Below, in pieces: positions 1 to 52,300 of a DNA stretch of 64,000 nucleotides. Under the pieces are notes generated by a model. The model was not told the origin of the DNA and ran no database searches. It worked only from the letters and a program-made list of their open reading frames with translations. The DNA is from Ophelia neglecta (taxonomy: Eukaryota): assembly GCA_965285935.1 (NCBI GenBank), contig OZ260667.1, forward strand, positions 21,142,001 through 21,206,000, given 5' to 3'. The translations under genes and the position numbers were made by a program. How positions within the stretch are numbered: the stretch's first letter is position 1; every line of letters begins with the position of its first letter.

Positions 1-40897
<40,897 letters not shown>

Positions 40898-40900
<3 letters not shown>

Positions 40901-41400
40901 GTGTCATCCTACATATTCCGTTCGTAGTGTATGTCCATGTTATGAAGAAGATTTCACACACAAAACAATATGAGCGACAGATGCAAACACATACCACCTA
41001 TCTACTCATATTATTCGGGGTGTTGGCAGTTTCCCGATGTCGACATTTTGTCCAAGCTGCTTTCAAAGTTGTGTTAAATATCCATGAAAGTTACACAGAT
41101 AAGTCCTAATTATCTACTGCGGGTTTGCTGTTATTGGCAATGGTAGTCCATACAGCTTGTGACGTACTTCCGGTCTAGTTTTTACTCGGCACAAGTCCAC
41201 TGAAAGCTGATTAATACTGTAAAATGTCAGAAATCATGCAGAAATAAAGTCCGACAGCCACAGAGTCGACTTATATTCTGACTGTGCTATAAGGCTTGCA
41301 ATCCAATCTAGTTTGTCAAACTAGGTCGACTGCCTCCTCGATGTATTGGTCATTGGTCACGCCTGCCGCATTCGTACAAAGGACTGGCCACTAGGTTGGT
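40898..41400 (-). promoter_or_regulatory. Probable promoter and first exon (5' UTR plus ATG only) of the SEA-Fz-SRCR gene
   Basis: Minus strand reads gga tga cac ATG|GTAAGT, with an in-frame upstream stop. A phase-0 splice to the acceptor ttaaag|GTCAATATG at 25649 gives MVNMENPGY in frame. ETS-like CCGGAAGT and a TATAAG lie upstream. Motif blocks are shared with 46620-47160. Confidence 0.55.
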
Positions 41401-43156
41401 CTCACCTCCTGTGTGTACACGGGCGGAAATAGGAAAGGTTATTCCAGTCTACCCCCTCATCTCCTTCTGGGAGATTTAATCGAGAGCTCATAAATGAAAA
41501 TGACTCAACCGATTTAAATCCCCCTAAAGGATAAAAAAAAAAGGCTAGCCTGCAAACAATTAAGTGGGCGAAAATAGGCGGTCGTCCTAGTCTTTACAGA
41601 AATAGTGAAATAAATACTCTCGAGAACGGCATATACCAACATTATAATAACATACTAAAGGGCGAAGGGCTGGGGTAATCTAGGAATCTAGCCATCGATC
41701 TATGGTTCAGTATATATATGGGAAAGACAGTATTTTATTTTGCAAATTTGTATTAGTATTGAAACGCAGAAAGGTGGGAAAATATTTGAATTTTGACAGG
41801 TATTCATGCTGCAAAAGAACCATCAGTTTTATTATACTATTTAATAATCTAACATTCAGCAACCCAATATGCCTGGCGATCAAGCAATGTGCTTCACTTC
41901 AATAGATTCACTGCGTCATAATTAAAGCTCATTTTGTTTAGACTAAATTATAACCGTTTTTTTATGTTAATGAGGCGGCCAGCCCCACTGGTCGACCCCA
42001 TCCCACCCGACAAACCCTCTCGTATGAACAAGTCATGATAGCTGGAGAATGATAATAGGCAATTAAATGCGTGTCAAATGTGTTTTATTTATCCAAATAA
42101 CAAAATATAAATAGGATACAATTTTTTCGATTATTTCCGTGTTATTATCGCCATATGGGACAAGTTCAAATATTATTGTCATTCACATAGTCGACCTCAA
42201 GACTGAAATTTTACCGCTCTTGTAATTGAAAAGAATCAAAAGTTACTTATTATTTTTTAAAGTGGTGTGTCTTTTTAATTCATATAAAACAATGTATCTG
42301 GTATAATTAACCATTGGTATCATTGTATTCATTAATATTATTTCCTTTTCGCGGATATCACTTACCTAATTCTATCATAGATAGCCACCTAGACATTTCC
42401 TAGGCACCGAAGCCACCTAGATATTTCCAACACTAATAGCCACCTAGATAGTTTCATCACGGAGAGCCCCTTGACAAATAATTCTCCATGTTGCATCCAT
42501 TTCAGTTGACTCTACAACTGAGATAGAGATAAAAGGATAGGATAAAAGAAATATCATATCTTAATAATCCATAAACCATAGTGTAAGTTGACTATAGGAT
42601 CATTAAATTGTCCAATACTCACATTTGAATTGATTAACCCAAACTAAAAATTAGTTTAGTTATGTTATCGTGGGTTCTCATATAAGTCCCTAATTTCCAG
42701 GTTTTGCTGTAGATTAATTAGTTTTCTTATATTGGTTTCATATTATATTGATATAACTCTGTCTTAATAATTTATTTAGTGATTAATTCTCGATGAATTC
42801 GTGCATGCGCTTATATTAATTTTCTGGCAAGATGAGATTATTTACACATAATTTTAATTTTGCACAGTATGCTTGGCTAAGTGAGAAAATTAATTACTGT
42901 ACAGAGTTAAACAAGGAGCGAAATTAAACTTGTACAATGGCGCGCAGTAAGCAGGTATGTTTGGGAGGGACAAATTTGAAAAATTGTCAGTATTCTGTCT
43001 CATGAAAAACGCAAATCACCTTTCTATATATATTTTACTGGAGGAATAAGTTAAGCTCAATCAGGCGCTTACAACCCTAAAATTGGCAGGCACAGGCCTA
43101 GATCCGATAAGTATAGCCTCAATATGGATTGAAGATCCAAGAAAACTACAGTGATT

Positions 43157-43323
43157 CAGTGAAACATGCTTTAAAGACCACCCCTATAATCAGCCCACCT
43201 GTCAATTCAGTCCACTACTCTGAAGACCATAATGCACACTTTCAATGTAACATAACCTGTGTTAAATATCAACTGTTTAATCAGACAGATATTTATGTAG
43301 GTCTTAATTTACGGGTTTCACTG
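43157..43323. mobile_element. MITE, same family as 15283-15461 (opposite orientation)
   Basis: CAGTGAAAC...GTTTCACTG|TA. The internal TTTAAAGACCACCCCTATAATCAG matches the reverse complement of part of the 15283 element. Confidence 0.7.
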
Positions 43324-44238
43324 TATATATAACTAGCCTTCAGGGGCCACTTAATTGGAGCTAGTCCAGCGCATGGTGAACATTTGAACGATAATGTTGC
43401 AGGAGGCCTTAGCTGCAAACTTACCGATTTTGTCCGAAAACTCTTCTATGACCATTAAATGCCATTGTGCTCATCCATAATAAAATACTCCGTGTCGGCG
43501 AGTGGTATTTTCCTATCAGAAAAACACCTGTATTTACTCGTTTGCATAGACCAACATTTAATTTGACTGCCTTCGTCTTGGGTCAAGTTCGCCAGGATTT
43601 ATTCCCAGGCGGGTCATACATTAAACACAAAAATAGATACTGACGATCGATAATGCTCCCTTAGAATGGCAACGTATAGTAAATGTAAAATCCTAATTTA
43701 AAAAAGCGAAATGCGTATTGAATGTCAAGGTCGCACTCCCTCAATACTGTCTTACGAAAACCAAGACATAAAAAAATACAGACCTAGCTTAGGCTTTTTT
43801 TTATATATCTTCGATCGAAAATCTGAAAAATTAATAGTTATATATATAGTATATGCTGTCTTTGATCATGGTGTCTTTTAACGTGTTGTGATCGAATTCA
43901 ATTCCTCCAGACAGCTTTCACCCAGTTAGTATTTTCGTGTTTACTGGGATCGCCGGTTTACAAGCCTTTCAGTGTTAACAATGTCCACCTCAGTAATTAG
44001 TAACGGCCTTGACCGCGAGACCAAAACAAAGGTATCTTATCAAGGCAAAGCGGGCATGCAAACATGAGTGCTAAGAAAATAATAATTGTAGACTAGAAAT
44101 GGTGTATTGCCGACGCGTACAATGCCACTGAATGGATATAGAACAGTTATAGGACTGAATTTGTAAGTTTGTATTTAATTTTATCATCCAAATTAAAGCT
44201 ACACTGTTTGAAGCACCTGTCTGTAAAATATGAGTCTA

Positions 44239-44387
44239 CCGTGAAGGCTAGTCAAGGAACTGACCGCATTATGTAGGTGACCTTTATAGGCAGTTAACAC
44301 GGGGAAAATCGAGACCGGGCTATTATTGGTGTACTTAGAGGGCAGGTGACCTTATTACACAGTTGACCACAAACACAGGTTTCCCTG
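44239..44387. mobile_element. Degenerate TA-flanked MITE inside the repeat unit (a related one at about 50731-50904)
   Basis: TA|CCGTGAAGG...CAGGTTTCCCTG|TA with internal AGGTGACC repeats. The paralogous block at 52200 lacks it. Confidence 0.55.
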
Positions 44388-44645
44388 TAACTTTATTTAT
44401 GTATATGGCTGATTAGGGAAATGTATTATTCCACCTAATGACCTCATGCCAAACAAGACGGATGTATTAAATGTAGAGTATAGACCCATACATTTATGGC
44501 CAGGGTGTGGGTCAAATTAAATGCCATTATTTAATTAATGCCATTAAATGGGACGCTCACCACATTTTTTATGCCAGCTATCAATAGGGTAAAATTTTCT
44601 CATTACCCTGGTAGATTAAAAAATACCATATATATATGGCCATAT

Positions 44646-44755
44646 AGATTATTAAGTACGTTGGATATAAGAATCTAGATTATTAAGTACCTGGGATATA
44701 AGAATCTAGATTATTAAGTACCTGAGATATAAGAATCTAGATTATTAAGTACCAT
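44646..44755 (+). repeat. 31 bp tandem repeat, 3.5 copies (also near 53370 and 62423)
   Basis: TAGATTATTAAGTACCTGGGATATAAGAATC repeated. Confidence 0.9.
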
Positions 44756-46619
44756 ATTATAATAGTGACCTGGGTAAAATGAATGCTGATGCCGGGCACG
44801 GCTGAAGGACGATCATTGTTTTTTTGTTTCCCCACAGTAGGTAACCTGATAATTTGTGCATAATGGCATAATTACAAACGAAGAGATTGTGTTGCATGCA
44901 AATAACAGCATAACAGTCTTACAGCAGGCATGCTGCGTATATACAAATGGCACAATTTGGAATAAGGTTACCTGCTGCGATGAATTAAAAGGTTGCGCGA
45001 GGTAAGCTTAACCCACCCAACTGAGGGCAGCCGCAAAAAAAAAACACTCACAAAAACGACATTACCTTTTTAAGGAGCTTCTATTAGTCATGGATGTTTT
45101 TATAATTATCTAATTAATATTATTATTGGAAACATGCATTTGAATAATAATTCATGCTCAGGTTGTGAGAGGGCTTAACTCTGGGTTTTTTTCTATTAAC
45201 GTTAATTTATGCGGTTAATAGCCAAAGAACCTTGAGCACAGAGTTAGGCTATTGACTAAACACGCAAATATCAGGATCGCGTACAACTGTATTTCTGCCT
45301 CATTATTATGGACATAATTATCTACCTTTGCTATTATAGCCTACAGTGGGCGCGAAATGTAACGATGCCTTAATTTACCCTAATATAACCACAACCTCGA
45401 ACACTCATTGGAAGTTGCTATTATGTAGGAATTGAAGCTTCTTTGAACCAGAAACTCGTGTTTTGTCATGGACATTGGTCAAGGTTTCCCTATCTGCAAG
45501 GAGATTATGGTAAATCGATGCTTTGATAACAATAGGTTTTGAGATATTTTGCCATTCAGCTTATGAATTAAGCTAATGAATTCAGCTATAATATCATGCT
45601 TTAGTTTTATTTTGCCTCACAATGACCAGGCAACCTGACAGTTACAATTGAACTCGAGCGACATTTATTTGTCTATCATTTTCTATCATTTCAATTTCAA
45701 ACTTGGTACAATTCTCGCTGGTACTGCCCTTTTCACAATGAACTTGGTCACTTTTAAGGAGGTATTGGATTACAAAAGGTAGGTCAAAGTTGTCAACGCC
45801 TGGAGGGGAAGAGGAAGGGCGCTTCAAGCATCTCTGAGGTGGCAGGAGAGGGGGAGGGGCGCTTCATGCGACTTAGAGATGGATTATGTTGAGGGGTTCT
45901 TACTAACCGATAGATCACATCAGGAAAAGTGGGCAGCACCACCAAACAAGATCCTAAACCTAAATAGTTAAATGAGAGATGTATCGGTGGAGTTTATGGC
46001 GATTATTCCCTGCCGAGTAGTCCACAGTGTCCAGGGTATTGCAATGTCTTCACACTCTAATCATTATATAGGAAAATAATTCATTAATATCATAGAATGC
46101 GACATGTTCGGACTATCAGCTGTCAAGCCGGGTTACACCGCCTCATTGTGTTCTGGTGTATAGTCAAATGATTAATCAATTAAAAGAGTTGTCCCAGATA
46201 TTTGTCTATATAGGGCATTGAGGGAAAATAAAGTATGAAGTATTAGATAAATCAGTGTTTTAATCATATTGTATCAAGTTACTCAAGAGAAAGACTAATG
46301 TTGTTTTACTGACATATTTTCTTTGAGTGTTTTTTTTTAATCCTTATCATTGGTTTCTTTGTCAGGACGATGTTGCTGTGGTGTTTAAGATTACACACAC
46401 CGCCTCTAAACCGAAAAATGGAACCCTGTGGGGCCACAGTTGGTGCTCTAGGGTGGCAAAAAAAATTCTGACCCGCCAGTCACCACGGATTGCGCCTATG
46501 ATCACATGGAACATGTGCCTCCCCCTGTCAGCCAGGTGTTGATATCCAGGTGTACTAGCAGGCAGACCGCCCATTGTTATCCGGCGAGGGCACTTGAAGC
46601 CGCCTTCTTCAGCCAAACT

Positions 46620-47156
46620 GCCAATTCACCTAGTGTCCAACCCACCGTGACGAGTGACCACATACGTTACACAACACTGTACAAACAGTGCTTGACAGTG
46701 GGTTTCTTGCCATTGCCACAGTATAAGTCAACACTGAAATCAACGTGGTTCATTTGGGCCGGACTCTCGCATTTAACGCTGCAAATTGATATTTCTTGGA
46801 CTTGTCAGGACAAAAGTTTGACCGGAACTGCTTGGCCGTGTGCTTTATATACACATGCGCAGCTACTGAGTTAGCTAGCATAAGTCGCAGTGTTTACTTG
46901 TGGATAAACAGGACATATTAATATTATCATACAGGACTTCTTCGGAATATTTTACTATTCACATTCTCATTCAGGACTTTATGGAGCATTTTACTAAACG
47001 GACACTCCATTGGAGGACGCTTTGGATTCTGAGGAACTACAACTACGCCCCGAACAATGTGACATGATAGATGTTAATTATATTTTCATCTGTCACTCGT
47101 ATTGTTTAGTGTGTAACACTTTATCAGAATATTGACATAAGCTGTAACGAGACATG
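46620..47156 (+). promoter_or_regulatory. Paralogous promoter and ATG-terminated first exon, copy 1
   Basis: Homologous to the reverse complement of 40898-41400. Ends GAGAC ATG|GTAAGT (ATG at 47154-47156). Confidence 0.55.
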
Positions 47157-47609
47157 GTAAGTTAATATTATTTATTTTATCTGTGGTTCGTCACCTGTCT
47201 TCATGGTTCCTTTGAACCTCCTGGTTTCTACTCCCTCGGTTGCTTGGCTTGTTTAGCACAGGCCCTTATATATTTTTCATTGTATAGCTGCTTATTTGCT
47301 TATTCCAACTTTGATAGCTGACAACTGATTTCGACATTTCTTTTGCTATCATGTATATCTGTTAATTACAGTTGTGATTACCACTTCATGTTGCAGATTT
47401 TCTCGGCTGCCTCCATTTCTTAGGGTGTTTTTGATTTAAGGACACCCCCAACCCCTTGTTTAGCATTACTTCATGCAAATTAATAACATTCGGCTAGCTT
47501 AGAGTTGGTTTTTAGTGACTTTGAGCATTTCAAGGCGCCTAGAAGTGATTGAAAGCACTGAATGGCGATATATATTTTTGCTTTAGGACATTTTTCGTCA
47601 GAAAACCAA

Positions 47610-48110
47610 TAAAATGCTGATTTGATCAGAAAAGCTTACACATGGCTTTTCAGAATTACCCATGTACTTTAAATGCATTTTTTCATTTATGTGCTAGTAA
47701 TATCATCCCGAAGCACTTGCGGAAGTTTCAGAGCTCTAGGATTGACTTTAAAAGACCATTTATTTATGTTTCCGTCAAAAATGTTGATTTTTATTAGAAA
47801 AGCATTTAAAGTGGCTTTTCAGAATGATCCCATGTGCTTTTCAATGCAGTTTTTCGTTTGTGTGCTTGTAATATCATTTCGAAGCTTTTGTTGGAGTTTC
47901 AGAGCTCTGGGATTAATTTTAAAATGCCAATTTTAATATTTTTTGGTAAAATGTTGTTTTTCATCATAAAAGCCTAAAAAATTGCTTTTCCGAATGACCC
48001 CATGCACTTTTCAATGTATTTTTTATATTTTGTTTTTGTAATGCCATTCTGAAGCGTTTGTGAAAGTTTCGAAGCTCTAGCGTTATTTTTAAAGGCCCAT
48101 TTTTTTATTT
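47610..48110 (+). repeat. ~168 bp tandem repeat, 3 diverged copies (also about 56695-57190)
   Basis: AAAATGYTG...GCTTTTCAGAATGACCCATG...AAGTTTCAGAGCTCT recurs near 47611, 47777 and 47948. Confidence 0.85.
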
Positions 48111-48453
48111 ATTGTGCTGAAATCATATTTTTATTCATATTCTCACTGTATTGCAGTAGTAGGGCTCTTAGTAGAACTATCGGTAGACAGTAGGGGCTAA
48201 ACGAGAATGTGTAATGCATGTATTTAATTATTTATTTTATTTCAGGCAAAAAAAAAAAAAAAAATCGGAATATGAAAAATTTCAATCCGCCCCTCTCTCC
48301 TCCCTTCCTGTCCTCTCCCTCTCCTCTCTGCCTCCATCTCCGTCTCCCCTCTCTGGCTCATCTCGGTTCTGCTCAGCTCCCTCCTGATCTCTTCTGCTGG
48401 AATGAAACACATATCAATGTTAGTACAGTGCGACGACTTCAATTTCATTTTCT

Positions 48454-48525
48454 TACCTCTGTCCAGGATCGAACCCCGGACTCTAGCGTGGCAGGCCCGC
48501 ACTCTATCCACTCACCCACGTAGGC
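48454..48525 (-). pseudogene. tRNA-Gly(GCC)-like element (pseudo-tRNA or SINE head), copy 1
   Basis: GCCTACGTGGGTGAGTGGATAGAGTGCGGGCCTGCCACGCTAGAGTCCGGGGTTCGATCCTGGACAGAGGTA has an A box, a B box and the tRNA-Gly GCCTGCCACGC anticodon loop. Acceptor and D stems are mismatched. Confidence 0.75.
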
Positions 48526-49295
48526 GCGCCTGAGTGAATAAAGTTGGAACTTTGTGCAATGATGTTAACCGGAAGTACTCTACTATAGTGCAAACGTGCC
48601 CGCATGGTGGCAGCACGTGGTCTGCTTCACTACTCACAATGAAAGTAGTATCTTAAAACTACTTCCCTCTCGTCTGAGAGGATCAAGTTGTATCTTCTTG
48701 TCATGACTTTAACCGGAAACTACTTGTCTATAGTACATTTTTTTAGCAGGGTGGCAGCACGGGGTTTGTTTTACTACTTACAATGACGCAGTATGAAAAA
48801 CTACTTTCCAGTGGATCCTTCATAACATTATATGCATTTTTAAATGGGCAGTTTTTATTTCGAACTTCACCACATAACATTATCAAAGATTTTGGCTGCT
48901 GAAAGAATATTTTAGCCAGCTACCAATTTAAGGATATAAGGCATTTCAAAACATACAGGGGGTAATTGGAAACACTGAGTAAAAACAAATAGCGAACACA
49001 ATAATAGTCTGCAGAAATGTACACACAAAAGAATGCGGGTGACAGATAAAAATATGTAACATCTATCAATCCGCATGATTCTATGCGTTTCTGCAGTATC
49101 GCCAAGTATGTAGATTTATCTAAAATGCTTTCAAATTGGGTAAAGGAAGTCGTACAAAGTATGTCCTATTAATCCACACCCGGCCAGGTTGATAAATCAT
49201 ATTCCACTCGAAGCTAAGTACATGAAGGTCTGCCCTGGCTGGTCTCAATTGTCTGCTTATGTCCAAGTTCCTTGCCATGGTGTTCCGATCTAGCT

Positions 49296-49311
49296 TGACC
49301 TAGTATGACCT
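49296..49311 (-). promoter_or_regulatory. Perfect DR4 nuclear-receptor response element (also 58361-58376)
   Basis: TGACCT agta TGACCT equals AGGTCA-N4-AGGTCA on the minus strand. Function is not shown. Confidence 0.4.
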
Positions 49312-52300
49312 CCGCATACGTCGAATGTAGTAAAATCTTGAGAAAATACATAAATTAGTCCAAATTGCTTCAGTTTCAAGTAGTAAAATCCATACTGGTC
49401 TTGTTAAAAATTGTATAATGTGTTGCCGGCCTGCGTGCGAAAGCATGGTCACTCGTCTCGCTCGACTGAAATTGGCAGCTTGCTTGAACACAACACCGTC
49501 CGAGTTTATGACATGAGCACTAGGTAGATTTTGACCTTGTATACACCAGGGCGCAGTACGTATTACGTACGTACAACGTAGAACGATGTATCTGAAGGGC
49601 GTGTCTGTGTGGTATATGAAAGACGACAGCCGTCCACCCGGGATGACCATTCCATTCGAACTGGACCGCTTTCGGACATCCTAACCCCTCTTACCGGTCC
49701 TCTCTGCAGCCTTAAGACAAGGAAGAGGGGGGGGGGGGTCCTAATGATCCTCCTGAAAAAATAAAAAAAGGACCCCTGTGCAAAGATCTACACATACCCG
49801 GGTTATTTAATGATTCAGGCCATGTCCTAAAATAAAATACTCCCGTCAGGGTTATACAGTCTTACCCATATGCTGATACTTTGATAATCGTTGTTTCATT
49901 TATGTCTCTTCAGTTTAAGACTGAAATGACCAAGACCAAATCCAGCTTTCAGGAACCCGGCTTAGCCATTTGAGAACGATGAAGCACTTAAATCATGATT
50001 TTAATTCAAGTTGTGAGTCAAGTTTGTTACAAGAGACTGGGACCAGATGGTTCAATTATTTATTCTTGAGTTATTAAAGCCGAGCCTGAGTTTCAAAATT
50101 CACGACTTACATGCATGATATATATTCGTTTTAAAAAATGGATGCTAAATCTAATATCACTTTGACTGTGCTTAGTTTATTCCTCAGTAGAAATGAGATT
50201 TTGAATCTTGGGCCCTTCCTACAATAGTTTACCAAGCCAATATACTGCCAGTCTGTGAATTGATGGAATTTGTGGCCGACAATCCACACATTGACAGATA
50301 AGAATAAATCGCCCCATGAATGCTTTGAAGTAAAAACCTCCCCCCCCCCTCCCCCCACCGGCATAGGGTTAACCTCATGACCAATGGACGAGGTGTGTTT
50401 GGGGATTTACATGGCATTCAACATCAGACAGGGTACCCCACCCTGTCACACATGGCCAGTGTGGTAATCCATGTGAAGGTGTATCGATTACAAGGGTCTT
50501 GTAATTTGGGTCCAAAAATTCTCTAAGAGAAAAACTGATAACATTGAAATAGACGGCATCACAGAGAATGGTTCTAAATGTCCATGCATACATGATGCTG
50601 AATTAGGGTTTATAAATCAATACTATTTTATGGTCATGGTAACAGGTGTTAACTCCGCTAGGTGGTAAGACGGTCGATTAATTGCACAAACATAGGCATG
50701 TGAAATTGCCCATCTCTTTATACTGGCATCAAAAGTGAAACCTATCTAATCAGGAAAGTCAAGGGAAAAAATTGACCACATTATGCAGGTGGCCTTAATA
50801 GACAGGTCAGTTAACATAGGGATCGGCTTTTATTTTCTTACCTTTGTAGGGCTGGGGACCTTATTACCTTATTACAAAGGTGACCGCAAATATAGGATTC
50901 ACTGTATATATATCATATACATGCACATGCACACAGGAAAATGACCCACTCTATATTAGCTATGCTGGTCAATCCCAATAATTAAAACTTGGTATCACCC
51001 TGGTGACATATATGAGTTAACTTAAATTAGATGAAGGATTATCTACAATGTACAGTGTTAATCGTCAAAAGAAATTGGTGAGTCGCACCAGCGATAACTT
51101 AGGGTAGAAGTATGATTAATGGCCTAGTAACAATAAGCCCAGAGGTGGCTCACCTATGAAATACGCCCCTCCCGAGAAGCACATATTGAATTCCGCTAAT
51201 AAATATCCCGGAAAATGTGGATTTATCCATATCTTGATAACAACATCCGAATACAAATATTTTGAACTCAGGTGTACGCGTTGTATAGAAGTTCGCGGTC
51301 ATGCGATCTCGACAATCGAGGCTTGGACACAGGTCAGCGTAGTTTTAGGGCTCCCCTTTTATTCCTAAAGGGGGGGGGGTAAGTTTTCTATGTTTTCACA
51401 TTAGTACCATTGTAAATTTTTCTACCGGTGTCATTTATGTATCTTAGCTGCTTCCCGTCCTGATCACATAACATATCAATTTAGTTTCCTACTATTGATT
51501 AATTAACCCTCGATTGGTGTGCTGATAATAAACACCTGAAAAATGGGATGAGAAGATATGCATACTCTTATTTATTTAAAATGCATTGTTTTAGCCCGTG
51601 TTATTAACTAGTGTTTATTATCTCCACTGGAACATTTATTTAGTAGGGCCCATTACTCGGGGAGTTTTCCAACTGGTCGATAGGTTGCAATGGGCATTCT
51701 ATTGTTCAAGAAGGGAGTAACAAATGATAATTGGAACTATCGACTTTTCGGTACATCCCCTCTTCTCAAAATGGTTTGAGAACATAGTATATTCTCGGTT
51801 ATCTGATTTTAATAATGATAATCTGTTTTTATAAAATTTCCCATTTTTGTCCCCTGTTTGGCGCTTCATTTTACAACCACATGTATGTTATTTGTTCATA
51901 AGTCCCCCCCCCCCCCCCGGTAATCATTTCAATGTATACATTACGCTGGTCTCACCCGAGTAATTAGTAACGACCTTGATAGCGAGATCCAAAACAAAAC
52001 ATCAAGACATATGGCGGTCTGCAAACATGTCTATATTAATGATACGTAAATCACATTTGGATATTAGGAATGCTGTATATGGACGCGTGTAATGACACTT
52101 AATGGATATAGAACAGTTATCTGAATCTGTAAGTTATAGTTTATAATATCATCGAAAATCACTGTAATGTGTGAAGCACCTGTCTGTACAATAGGAGTCT
52201 AGTTCTGTATACAAATGTGGCCGATCTCCCATATTGGTTCTAATTGATTTTAAGCGAAATTTGGGCAGGTATTCTTCGCGCTATCCGGTATCATTTTCCT

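Noticed and set aside
45172-45249. pre-miRNA hairpin in the repeat unit
   Set aside because: It has a 7-nt bulge, its arms vary among the three copies, and it matches no miRNA I recognise. More likely a tiny inverted-repeat relic.
46803-47323. Solo LTR (TGTCAG...CTGACA ends)
   Set aside because: No target-site duplication, and homology with 40898-41400 extends outside these ends and stops at the splice donor.
48454-48525. Functional tRNA-Gly gene
   Set aside because: Acceptor, D and anticodon stems have several mismatches. Called tRNA-like instead.
49300-49650. 116-aa ORF repeated at 58365-58715 as a protein gene
   Set aside because: No recognisable domain, and its persistence is explained by the near identity of the repeat copies. 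The same applies to ORFs at 46362-46874, 47673-47936 and 48218-48523.
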